A program made the position numbers and the translations under genes. DNA of 13,997 nucleotides from Candidatus Cloacimonadota bacterium (lineage in GTDB: Bacteria > Cloacimonadota > Cloacimonadia > Cloacimonadales > WRIO01). A model generated the notes under the pieces. That model made no database searches and was not told the origin of the DNA. It saw only the letters and a program-made list of their open reading frames with translations. The stretch lies in contig JAKQQL010000280.1 of assembly GCA_029564175.1 (NCBI GenBank), forward strand, positions 1-13,997, given 5' to 3'. Below, piece after piece: positions 1-8,601 of this stretch. Positions within the stretch are counted from its first letter, which is position 1, and every line of letters starts with the position of its first letter.

Positions 1-287
1 CCGACTGCAATGAGCAAAGATCCAATGTATAAAGGATGATGGAATAAACTGTAAGGACCTGTCGTGGTCAGTTTTTTATTTTTATTGATAATGCCGGCGG
101 CCCAGCTTCTTAACAACACGCCTAAAAAGGCAATGATCCCGCCTATGTAACCAATCCCTTCATGTAGGGGAGAAAAAGGCTTTTTGTGAAGGATAAAGAA
201 ATTGATAAGTAGAATTATCACGATTGTAACAAAGGCTAAAGGTAAGCGATACCTGGCTAATTTCTGCATCATCTGATTTTGACTCAT
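1..287 (-). CDS. Isoprenylcysteine carboxyl methyltransferase / phospholipid methyltransferase (ICMT/PEMT) family membrane protein, 5' part (continues past the left edge)
   Basis: Not in the ORF track. Manual translation from ATG at 287 (RBS AGAGGA): MSQNQMMQKLARYRLPLAFVTIVIILLINFFIL...GVLLRSWAAGIINKNKKLTTTGPYSLFHHPLYIGSLLIAV. Hydrophobic helices plus an L-x-T-x-GPY-x-x-x-(R/H)HP-x-Y-x-G motif typical of the family. Confidence 0.8.
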   Translation of the reverse strand, partial: MSQNQMMQKLARYRLPLAFVTIVIILLINFFILHKKPFSPLHEGIGYIGGIIAFLGVLLRSWAAGIINKNKKLTTTGPYSLFHHPLYIGSLLIAV

Positions 288-483
288 ATTTCCTCTTTTA
301 ACTTAAATTTTAACTTATTGATTGAAAGGCTATATTAACTAGCTAACAATCTACAAATAAATAAAAGAACATTTTGTCAATCAATTTGTTATGAGAGGGG
401 GCTACTGTAAAAAGTCTCCGCAACATTTAAACAGTGTTAAGACAATAGATGAAGATAATTTTGAATTTCTGTAACAACGTTAC

Positions 484-511
484 AAAAAAAGGGCGTATTG
501 GATACGCCCTT
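484..511 (-). terminator. Rho-independent terminator after the solute-binding protein gene
   Basis: AAGGGCGTAT-tgg-ATACGCCCTT hairpin (489-511) with A7 at 484-490, giving a U-tract on the minus strand; 18 bp after the stop at 530. Confidence 0.85.
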
Positions 512-529
512 CAAATTGATGATAAAGGA

Positions 530-1255
530 TTATTTAATATATTTTGCTCTGATTTTGTTAAGTTCGCCAGATGCTTTCATCTCATTGAGAGATTTATTAA
601 CAATATCGAACAATTCCTTGCTGTTAGCAGATTTCTTAGAGATTCCAATATATAACATTTGATTGTCAGCCACGTAAGACAACGTCTTGTAATCAGAGAA
701 ATTCTGAGATTTAAGCATGTGATGGCCAACCAGTTCATTGGTAATAAAGAGGTCAAAACGTTTATTAATGAATTTTTTTACCATGGTTTCCTGATCTTTT
801 GAGGCATCTTTTTTAATATTTTTAGCATTATCAAAAGTTTTACCATAGCTATAACCAGAGGTTACTCCAATTAAATTTTCTTTCATTTCATTGATATTTT
901 TAATATCCCCTTTGAAGGATTTACGTGCGAAGATAACATTTTTTTCATAAGCCAGTCCTTCTGAAGGGAAATTAAGAAATGCTTTTCTTTCGTCAGTTGC
1001 AAAGAGGCTGATAATGCCATCAGCTTCCCCGATCTGCACCATGTGAAGTGCACGTTCCCATGGGACTTCCACAAAATCGAAGTTAATATTGTTTTTTGTA
1101 GCAATTGCATTGAGAATATCTACATCCAGTCCTGTCAGCTTCCCCCCTGATTTAAATTCATAAGGTGGATATTCCTCATAAACGATTTTGTACGTTTTAG
1201 CCATCATTGACATCATACTTAACAGTACCAATAGCAGAATCAATACTCTTTTCAT
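530..1255 (-). CDS. Periplasmic solute-binding protein, family 3 (polar amino acid type)
   Basis: Signal peptide MKRVLILLLVLL; motifs EYPPYEF, GLDVDIL, VPWERAL and GEADG; C-terminal LNEMKASGELNKIRAKY; RBS GGGAGG. Confidence 0.88.
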   Translation of the reverse strand: MKRVLILLLVLLSMMSMMAKTYKIVYEEYPPYEFKSGGKLTGLDVDILNAIATKNNINFDFVEVPWERALHMVQIGEADGIISLFATDERKAFLNFPSEGLAYEKNVIFARKSFKGDIKNINEMKENLIGVTSGYSYGKTFDNAKNIKKDASKDQETMVKKFINKRFDLFITNELVGHHMLKSQNFSDYKTLSYVADNQMLYIGISKKSANSKELFDIVNKSLNEMKASGELNKIRAKYIK

Positions 1256-1280
1256 GTTTCCTCCCTTTTTTGTTTAGGAT

Positions 1281-2015
1281 TTATAATTTTTTTAAATAGT
1301 CATTGATGACAGAAATGCGTTCATATTTTGGATAAGTGTTTTTAATTCTTTGAAGTTCACTTTTTGCTTTATCTTTTTGATTAAGGCTCATATAGCAAAG
1401 CGCAATTTTTAACTGAGCATCAATAAATTTTGTAGAAGAAGGGTATTTTTGAACGACTTTATCAAATTCAGCTTTAGCTGCAGAGAAGTCTCCCAGTCCA
1501 TAATAGCATTCACCAATCCAGTACTGTGATGGTCCGGCATAACTGTGATCGGAATGATTTTGAACAATAAGTGCAAAGACCTTGATAGCTCCAGGGAAAT
1601 CTTTGATTTCATAGAGACGACGGCCTTCATTGTAGTATTCATCGACATTGATATTTTCTGCAGGCATTTCAGATGTTTCCTGAACTGTTTCATGAACTTC
1701 TGCGACCGGAGTTTCTGCTTTAACAGGAGCAGGCTGATAATCAGCAGTGCTGTTGTTTGAATCTTTCATTTTGTTTTCAACAGCCACTAAGCGGTTATTG
1801 ATTGCCTGTAATTGGGAGAAAATATGCTGATTCTGCTGAATAAGTGTAGAAATCTCTTCGTTTTGAGCAGGTTCTGGTTTAACTTGAGGCTGTTCCGCCT
1901 GTTTCTTTTCCAGCTCATCCACCCTCGCTTTTAAATCATTGAAATCTGTAAGGGTTACAGCACATCCTGATAAAAGAAGAATGGCAATGAGAATGATTAA
2001 AACTCTTATTTTCAT
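1281..2015 (-). CDS. CpoB/YbgF-like TPR lipoprotein with an N-terminal coiled coil
   Basis: Lipobox LLSG-C, coiled coil (DLKARVDELEKKQ), C-terminal TPRs (SQYWIGECYY, YPSSTKFIDAQLKIA, IKNTYP) characteristic of YbgF/CpoB. Start moved from 2027 to the ATG at 2015 because GGAGGT precedes it. Confidence 0.75.
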   Translation of the reverse strand: MKIRVLIILIAILLLSGCAVTLTDFNDLKARVDELEKKQAEQPQVKPEPAQNEEISTLIQQNQHIFSQLQAINNRLVAVENKMKDSNNSTADYQPAPVKAETPVAEVHETVQETSEMPAENINVDEYYNEGRRLYEIKDFPGAIKVFALIVQNHSDHSYAGPSQYWIGECYYGLGDFSAAKAEFDKVVQKYPSSTKFIDAQLKIALCYMSLNQKDKAKSELQRIKNTYPKYERISVINDYLKKL

Positions 2016-2116
2016 AATGACCTCCATTTTTTTTTCATATTTAAAAATAATAATTTACTTTGTCAAGGAAAATATCATATCATGTTGGTTTTTTCCATAA
2101 AAGTTTAATTCTTTTC

Positions 2117-2145
2117 TTGACATATTCGGTTTTTTTTATTAAATA
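2117..2145 (+). promoter_or_regulatory. Putative sigma70 promoter for the Cache sensor gene
   Basis: TTGACA (2117-2122), 17 bp, TAAATA. A divergent TTGACA-N17-TAAATA starts at 2066 on the minus strand for the cpoB-like gene. Confidence 0.5.
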
Positions 2146-2161
2146 GAGACAGAGGTCAGAG

Positions 2162-4006
2162 ATGAATAAACTGTTAAAACGACTATACGACGGTGTCAGA
2201 TGTCAGACATTTCATTGTGTCTTCATAAAACTGATAATAAATATTACTTTATTTTTTGTGATCTTATATTTTGCATTCAGTAGTTTGATTATCTATGCTG
2301 TCAGACAAAAAGTGATAAGTGATCAGCAAGAAATTCAATATCAGTTTTCACAGGGGATGTCTTCATTGCTTTCTTTTGAAGTGAAACGGAATCATCAGTT
2401 ACTTCTGTCTGTAGCAGATAAGTATAGTGGTAAGTCTTATGAGGACTTAGTCCCATTTGAAATTATATCAGATAATCTGTTTTTAACGAAGATTTTTAAC
2501 AATGGGATTTTTCTGTTTGATATTGATGGCAGACTCTTATATGAAGCACCAAGCACTACAGACAGATACCAGAAAAATTTTGCTCACAGGCAGTATTTTC
2601 AAGAAACAATTAAACAAAAAAGGGGGATCATCTCTAAACCATACATCTCCTCTCTGTATCATAAACATCCCTGCGTGATGTTTACAGCTCCGGTTTATAA
2701 TGATCATGGCTCGATGATTGCGATTATTGGCGGTAGTGTCGATTTACTAAAACCAAACTTCATCAGTGAGCAGTTTCAGTTAAAACATACGGATAAATCC
2801 TATTATATGTTGCTTAACGAAGATGGACAGATATTATACCATCCTCAGAATGCATGGATTTATAAAAAATTGGCCACTTCAGATACACAGGAAAATTTAA
2901 ACAGAAAAGATTTTGATAAAGAATCCATCATTACGGTTAGTTCCAGAGTGATATATCCCAACTGGAAGCTGACATATTCGGTGTTTGAAACAAAGATAGA
3001 CCAGGATATGATTTCCAATAAGAGATTGATCAGAATATCTGTTTTGTTCTGTGTTTTGATGTTTGAACTGATGATGTTATATGTTGCCTTAAAAATATGG
3101 AGAATGACTCAATTACTGGCTAAAAAATTAGATCAGAAAATACTACTCAGAAATGAATACGAATATATACCAGAAAAAGGCTTGTTTATCGTCAAAACAA
3201 ATATTCGAAAAATCAATGAACTGATCAGTTTGTATCGAGATTTAAATGTGATGTACAGAAGAGCTATCAGCGATTCAATATACATTTTTTCGCATCTGGA
3301 ATATGCCTTTGTAAGTTTCAGTCAAGAGGATGGTTATATCAAGGCATTTAACCAGAATTTTCTTGAGCTTACTGATATTAACGAAGAAGAAGCAAGAACA
3401 CAGACAATAACCGAAATACTGTTTAAAACACATGAATTATATCGCTTCTCTTTCGAGGAATATATCAATAATATTAGTGAAGAACATTTATCAGATAAAA
3501 TCTATGTCTTTAAAAAAGACAATACACCTGTCCGGCTAGTCGTTCATGCTTATAAAATCCACTTTTACAAACAAGAACAGATTGTTTTGATAATGAAAGA
3601 AAAGATTGTTCAAGAAACCTATTTAAAAGATTTTCAAATGCAAAAGAATTTGAGCCGATTCTTATTTGAAAACAGTAATATGAATATCCATCTGACTGAT
3701 AAAAAGGGAATAATCCTGGCTTATTCTCCAGAGTTTAAAGCCTTGCTGGCTCCGGATAAATTATTAAAAGACAGAGCAATATGGGATTTGCTCACTGTCA
3801 ATATGGAACTGATTCAATTACAACAATACTTTAACTCAATTAGTAAACTTTCTGACGAAAAAACACAGTATTATATTAACATTATGGATTCACAGACTCA
3901 TCTGATGGATCTTTATAAACTGGCTTATCATATTATTTGGGATGAGAATTACAATGAGTGCTTAATCGTGGGGATAATCACCAAAAACAGAAGCTCATAT
4001 AAGTAA
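2162..4006 (+). CDS. Membrane sensor: TM - dCache_1 - TM - PAS-like - PAS-like, no recognisable output domain
   Basis: Two hydrophobic segments (~aa 20-46 and 292-312) flank a Cache signature (GIFLFDIDG, FAHRQYFQ, IISKPYIS, FTAPVY, LLNEDGQILYHP). PAS-like segments DGYIKAFNQNFLELT and LTDKKGIILAYSPEF. No H-box, GGDEF, EAL or MCP motif seen. Confidence 0.72.
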   Translation: MNKLLKRLYDGVRCQTFHCVFIKLIINITLFFVILYFAFSSLIIYAVRQKVISDQQEIQYQFSQGMSSLLSFEVKRNHQLLLSVADKYSGKSYEDLVPFEIISDNLFLTKIFNNGIFLFDIDGRLLYEAPSTTDRYQKNFAHRQYFQETIKQKRGIISKPYISSLYHKHPCVMFTAPVYNDHGSMIAIIGGSVDLLKPNFISEQFQLKHTDKSYYMLLNEDGQILYHPQNAWIYKKLATSDTQENLNRKDFDKESIITVSSRVIYPNWKLTYSVFETKIDQDMISNKRLIRISVLFCVLMFELMMLYVALKIWRMTQLLAKKLDQKILLRNEYEYIPEKGLFIVKTNIRKINELISLYRDLNVMYRRAISDSIYIFSHLEYAFVSFSQEDGYIKAFNQNFLELTDINEEEARTQTITEILFKTHELYRFSFEEYINNISEEHLSDKIYVFKKDNTPVRLVVHAYKIHFYKQEQIVLIMKEKIVQETYLKDFQMQKNLSRFLFENSNMNIHLTDKKGIILAYSPEFKALLAPDKLLKDRAIWDLLTVNMELIQLQQYFNSISKLSDEKTQYYINIMDSQTHLMDLYKLAYHIIWDENYNECLIVGIITKNRSSYK

Positions 4007-4052
4007 AATAGTGAGTATCACTGTCCTCAGTTATACTATGTAAACCAGCAAG

Positions 4053-4082
4053 AAAAAAGTCCAACTAAGAATAGTTGGACTT
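4053..4082 (-). terminator. Rho-independent terminator after gltX, possibly bidirectional between convergent genes
   Basis: AAGTCCAACTA-agaa-TAGTTGGACTT (4057-4082) with an A-run at 4053-4058. Confidence 0.8.
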
Positions 4083-4100
4083 ACAATGTATAAATTTTAT

Positions 4101-5546
4101 TTACTCTGCGATTTCTGTTAGAATATAGTCAAATCGCTTTATACTTTCAGTTAATCCTAGATTATCAATCAAAGTTGGAATGTCAGGCCCATGAGCAGAA
4201 CCGTAAAGAGCTGTTCTAAGAGGGAAATAGTAATCTTTACCTTTGATTCCCAATTCAGTCATGCCTTCTTTGACCATGTGAGTCAGGTCTTCTTTTGTCC
4301 AGTTTGACTGAGAATGAAGTTTTACCCGATACCAGTTGATAAGACGGGTAGAAGATTCTTTTTTGAAAAGCTCGATGTCTTCTGGCTGATACTGGACAGG
4401 CTGATAGTACATCTTTGAGAAGTCGATAAGCTGAACTAATGTCCCTGCATATTCACGGGCTGTTTTTATGACTTTGAGGTATTTTTCCTGATTGCTGATA
4501 TCAATTCCTGCTTTAGCGAAAAATGGTTTTGCCTCGTGAGCAATATAACTGACATCCAGATTACGCATATACCAGCCGTTCATCCATTCCAATTTGGTAA
4601 TATCAAAAATTGCACCTGATTTATTAACTCTTTCGATAGAAAATTCATTTACCAGTTCTTCAAGGGTATAAAGCTCACGGTCATCGGCAGAGTGCCAGCC
4701 CAGTAAAGCAACAAAGTTTACGATAGATTCTTTCAGATATCCCATATTCAGATAGTTTTGGACAGAGAAGTCGCCATGGCGTTTACTCAGTTTACTCCGA
4801 TCGGTATTAAGCAGGAGGGGGAGATGAACCCATTGAGGTGGATTCCAGCCAAAACATTCATAGAGATAGATGTGTTTTGGGGTAGAAGGCAACCACTCTT
4901 CACCACGCAGGACGTGAGTAATTTCCATCAGGTGGTCATCTACAACAGCTGCCAGATGATAGGTAGGGAATCCGTCAGATTTTAAAATGACCTGATCATC
5001 AATTAGAGAAGATTCGATCTCTACTTGTCCACGGATTGCATCCTGAAATGTAAAACTGCGGTCATCAGGCATTCTTAATCGAATGACATAGGGGAGACCT
5101 GCGTCTTTTTTTGCCTGAACTTCTTCTGGTGTCAGATTTCTGCATTTTCCGCTGTACTGAGGATTGAGTTTTAATTCCATCTGTTTTTGACGATGTTCTT
5201 CAATTTCTTCTTTTGTACAAAAGCAATGATAAGCATGTCCTTTATCAAGCAATTGCTGAATATGCTGATGGTAAATATCTAATCTTTGAGACTGAATGTA
5301 GGGTCCAAAATTGCCACCGATCTCCGGACCTTCGTCACAATGAATCCCCAAAATTTTAAGCGATTCAATTAAGTTTTCTACAGAACCTTCTACATAACGG
5401 GTCTGATCAGTGTCTTCTATTCTCAGTATAAATTGTCCATTAGTTCTTTTTGCCATCAGATAGTCATACAGGGCAGTTCTAACGCTACCCAGGTGCATCA
5501 GGCCAGTTGGACTTGGTGCAAATCTTACACGAACAGGTTGACTCAT
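4101..5546 (-). CDS. gltX: Glutamate--tRNA ligase
   Basis: VRVRFAPSPTG, HIGH-like HLGS, LRIEDTD, CFC zinc-site region, THVLRGEEW, KLSKR. Start placed at the ATG at 5546 after RBS AAAGGAGA (ORF track starts at 5567). Confidence 0.97.
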   Translation of the reverse strand: MSQPVRVRFAPSPTGLMHLGSVRTALYDYLMAKRTNGQFILRIEDTDQTRYVEGSVENLIESLKILGIHCDEGPEIGGNFGPYIQSQRLDIYHQHIQQLLDKGHAYHCFCTKEEIEEHRQKQMELKLNPQYSGKCRNLTPEEVQAKKDAGLPYVIRLRMPDDRSFTFQDAIRGQVEIESSLIDDQVILKSDGFPTYHLAAVVDDHLMEITHVLRGEEWLPSTPKHIYLYECFGWNPPQWVHLPLLLNTDRSKLSKRHGDFSVQNYLNMGYLKESIVNFVALLGWHSADDRELYTLEELVNEFSIERVNKSGAIFDITKLEWMNGWYMRNLDVSYIAHEAKPFFAKAGIDISNQEKYLKVIKTAREYAGTLVQLIDFSKMYYQPVQYQPEDIELFKKESSTRLINWYRVKLHSQSNWTKEDLTHMVKEGMTELGIKGKDYYFPLRTALYGSAHGPDIPTLIDNLGLTESIKRFDYILTEIAE

Positions 5547-5686
5547 TCTATCTCCTTTATTGATCATTATTGATTTATTATCTTTATTTTAAGGCAATAA
5601 TGAGATATCGTCTCTCATGTCAAGAGAAAACAGAAAATAGAATGAGGGGTTTATAAGAGTCTTTCTTCAAACCGCTTTTTTAATAA

Positions 5687-5704
5687 CAGGATGCTCGCTG
5701 TACG
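5687..5704 (-). repeat. Partial copy of the 26-bp REP-like family
   Basis: CAGGATGCTCGCTGTACG matches 16/18 bases of CAAGATGCTCGCAGTACG at 12367-12384. Confidence 0.6.
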
Positions 5705-5744
5705 ATCTGTTAAGTCGCCTAATCTCTGATTCTTCAATAAGTCT

Positions 5745-7514
5745 TTATTTTAATGGTAAACTAACAGTAAAGCATGTTCCGATATTTTCAGTGCTTTCTA
5801 CAAGAATTTCTCCATGATGCAAATAGACGATATGTTTGACGATAGAAAGCCCAAGACCCGTTCCACCCATGCGTTTTGAACGTGAGGAATCTACGACGTA
5901 GAAGCGTTCAAAGATTCGTTTCAGGTGTTGTGCTTTGATGCCATCTCCCTGATCTTTCACTTTGACCAGCAAATTATCTGCTTGATTTTCCAGACTGATC
6001 TCAATCTTTCCTTTTCCGGCATACTTTATTGCATTGTCTATCAGATTGATAAATACCTGCTCCAGCTGATATTCATCTGCTAAAATCTCTGTATGGGCAT
6101 TTTGATTTTGAATAAGAATCTGCATCTGATTTTCTTTCAGACGATCAGTGAAGATGACCTGGATTCGTTCTAATAGATTCTGAACATTGATGATCTCTTT
6201 GTGTAATTCCTGATTCTGTTCCAACCTTGATAAACTTAATAAATCATTCACAATATAAATCAGACGGTTTGTATTTCGGTTAACAATTTCCAGATAATGC
6301 GCCTGAGATTCAAAGATTGCCTGATAATTTTCAGGATGTTCACTATCTTCACGAATATCTTCCAGCATCGTTTCTACAAAACCTTTAATGGCAGTCAGTG
6401 GCGTCTTTAACTCATGAGAGACGTTTGAGATAAAGTCCTTTTTGAGTTTTTCAATTGCTTTTATATCAGAGATATCCAACAGCGTAAACACGATGTTTTT
6501 ATTGGTATTGATATAGGAACTGGTACATAGGAAGATTTTATCTTCAATCTCAATTTCCTCAGTAAAATGCTGTTTTAGCTTCAATGTGTCCTGAAGTATT
6601 TTTATCAGCTCATGATTTCTTAAAATATCAAACAGATATTTCCCTTTTAATTCTTTATGTTTGCTGATCTCAGCGAAAAGTTCATTATACATGACAATAC
6701 AGGCATTTTCATCGACAATCCAGATTGCCTGTCTGATTGCATTCATAATCGAGACCAGCATTTCTTTCTGCGTATTGATTTCACAGATAGATTCTTTTAA
6801 ATTATGAGACATTTGTCTGAATTGAACGGCCAGGTCTCCGATTTCATTATCAGCGCTGTCAATAATCGGAATATCCATATTTTTCACATTGATCAGCGAA
6901 GCGACTTTACTTAAATGTTTAATCGGATAGACAAGTCTTTTGGCAAATAGAATAAATATGATTAAAGCGATCGTGAAAACAAAAGCGATAATCTGAATCA
7001 GTTTAGGGAAAAACTCTACCCAAAGATTAAGTACATTGCCTTTATTCTGGATAATGACAAAATATCCGTTGATTTGAGATTTGAAAAATATGGGATAACT
7101 GGATACAAAATATTCTCCTGAATTAAAATGCTTCCCTTCTACAGTTGGAAATGCCGATTTAAGCTGGCTTAAAATAGTAATTTCAAGGGTTGATTCTTTG
7201 TATTCACTGTCATCGAGCTGACCATTTTCATAACGTACAATCACTCTGTCATTTTTATCATAGATAAAGATTTTCGCTTTTAGAGAAGCAGACAGATTAC
7301 TGATTTTTTCATTAAGATCAGGGCTGTTAAGCGAATTGCTGATATCTTCCATACTTCCTGATAAGTGTTTCCATAGAAGGTTTGTCTTTTCAATAGAGTT
7401 ATGAAACTGATCTCTGTGTAGCCATGACAAAAAATAAATCCCTACACTGAGTAGTAAAAATAAGCTCAATGAGGTATAAATTAAGGTTAATTGTTTAAAT
7501 ATCGTCTTTTTCAT
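5745..7514 (-). CDS. PhoR-like sensor histidine kinase (TM-periplasmic-TM-HAMP-PAS-HisKA-HATPase)
   Basis: H-box DFISNVSHELKTPLTAIKG, N-box QVFINLIDNAIKY, G1 DQGDGI, F-box RIFERFY, G2 GGTGLGLSIVKH. Overlaps the response regulator by 4 bp (ATGA). Confidence 0.92.
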   Translation of the reverse strand: MKKTIFKQLTLIYTSLSLFLLLSVGIYFLSWLHRDQFHNSIEKTNLLWKHLSGSMEDISNSLNSPDLNEKISNLSASLKAKIFIYDKNDRVIVRYENGQLDDSEYKESTLEITILSQLKSAFPTVEGKHFNSGEYFVSSYPIFFKSQINGYFVIIQNKGNVLNLWVEFFPKLIQIIAFVFTIALIIFILFAKRLVYPIKHLSKVASLINVKNMDIPIIDSADNEIGDLAVQFRQMSHNLKESICEINTQKEMLVSIMNAIRQAIWIVDENACIVMYNELFAEISKHKELKGKYLFDILRNHELIKILQDTLKLKQHFTEEIEIEDKIFLCTSSYINTNKNIVFTLLDISDIKAIEKLKKDFISNVSHELKTPLTAIKGFVETMLEDIREDSEHPENYQAIFESQAHYLEIVNRNTNRLIYIVNDLLSLSRLEQNQELHKEIINVQNLLERIQVIFTDRLKENQMQILIQNQNAHTEILADEYQLEQVFINLIDNAIKYAGKGKIEISLENQADNLLVKVKDQGDGIKAQHLKRIFERFYVVDSSRSKRMGGTGLGLSIVKHIVYLHHGEILVESTENIGTCFTVSLPLK

Positions 7515-8197
7515 AATTCGAGTTTGTAACCTACCCCTCTTATATTTTTGATATATTCGCCGGCTGAGCCGAGTTTCTCGCGTAAGTTTTTAATATGCAC
7601 GTCAATTGTTCTGTCCACAACAATCTTATCATTACCCCAAAGGTAATCCAGCAATTGATCACGGCTATACACCCAGCCTGGTTTTTCTGATAAGAGTCTG
7701 AGAATTTTAAACTCAGTTGTCGTTAGATCAACCTTTTTCCCTTTGACTTTTACTTCGTATTTATTGAGATTCATTTCGAAAATGTTATCAAAAGAGATTA
7801 AATCATTTGACTTTGCAGAACTTTCCGTTCTTCTGAGTATGACTTTGATGCGTGCCAATAATTCTCTGGGAGAGAAAGGTTTGGTTACATAATCATCAGC
7901 GCCGATTTCCAGCCCGACGATTTTGTCGGTTACTTCAGTTCTCGCTGTCAGCATGATGATTGGGATATGTGCATATTCTTCTTTGGAACGGATGAGTTTA
8001 CAAACTTCAAATCCATCGGCATTGTTTAGCATCAAATCCAAAATAATCAATGCAGGGATATTCTTAGACAGATAGGTCCAGAATTCATCAACAAACTCAA
8101 AACAAACTGGCTCAAAACCAGACTTTTTCAGATTCACGGCAATCATTTCTAAAATATCAGCTTCATCATCCAGCACGACTATTGTTTTATTTATCAT
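7511..8197 (-). CDS. OmpR/PhoB-family response regulator (PhoB/PhoP-like)
   Basis: DDE acidic pocket, LDLML phospho-Asp, PIIMLTAR, GADDYVTKPF, winged helix RTIDVHIKNLREKL...IRGVGY. Confidence 0.93.
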   Translation of the reverse strand: MINKTIVVLDDEADILEMIAVNLKKSGFEPVCFEFVDEFWTYLSKNIPALIILDLMLNNADGFEVCKLIRSKEEYAHIPIIMLTARTEVTDKIVGLEIGADDYVTKPFSPRELLARIKVILRRTESSAKSNDLISFDNIFEMNLNKYEVKVKGKKVDLTTTEFKILRLLSEKPGWVYSRDQLLDYLWGNDKIVVDRTIDVHIKNLREKLGSAGEYIKNIRGVGYKLEL

Positions 8198-8350
8198 ATT
8201 GACTCCTGTTCTTCATAATCAAATAAGCATATAAACTTAGATTCGTCAAGTTTTTTTAATTTAAAGGCTATGTTAGTTTTTAGTTAATTTTATAAATGAT
8301 CCTTATGCAAAAAATTTCTAATTTTCATCATAAAGAAACATTTTTTTCTA

Positions 8351-8386
8351 ATCCTTTCCTTATCCTTCCCTTATCCTTTCCTTATC
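8351..8386. repeat. 11-bp tandem repeat (ATCCTTYCCTT) x3.3 in the divergent phoB-like/nifJ intergenic region
   Basis: atcctttcctt atccttccctt atcctttcctt atc, read directly. Confidence 0.85.
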
Positions 8387-8601
8387 AAATCATTTTTTAA
8401 TATGAAGTATTAAAAATTCATTTTATCATAAGTACTTGTCTCAAGAACCTGCTTTTTCTTTATTTCTCAAATACGAAATACTCAACGCTTTGCACCAGAA
8501 TTATTTACGATTTTTGCAAGAAAAGATTGACAAAAACCTGATATTAAAATCTTTAAGATTGTGTATAGGTGTGATTTTTAAAAAATAAAAGGAGATAGAT
8601 C

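Noticed and set aside
449..4985. Short ORFs 449-655, 883-1110, 1409-1693, 1545-1760 and 4758-4985
   Set aside because: They overlap well-supported genes antisense or out of frame and show no motifs; 449-655 also runs across a terminator.
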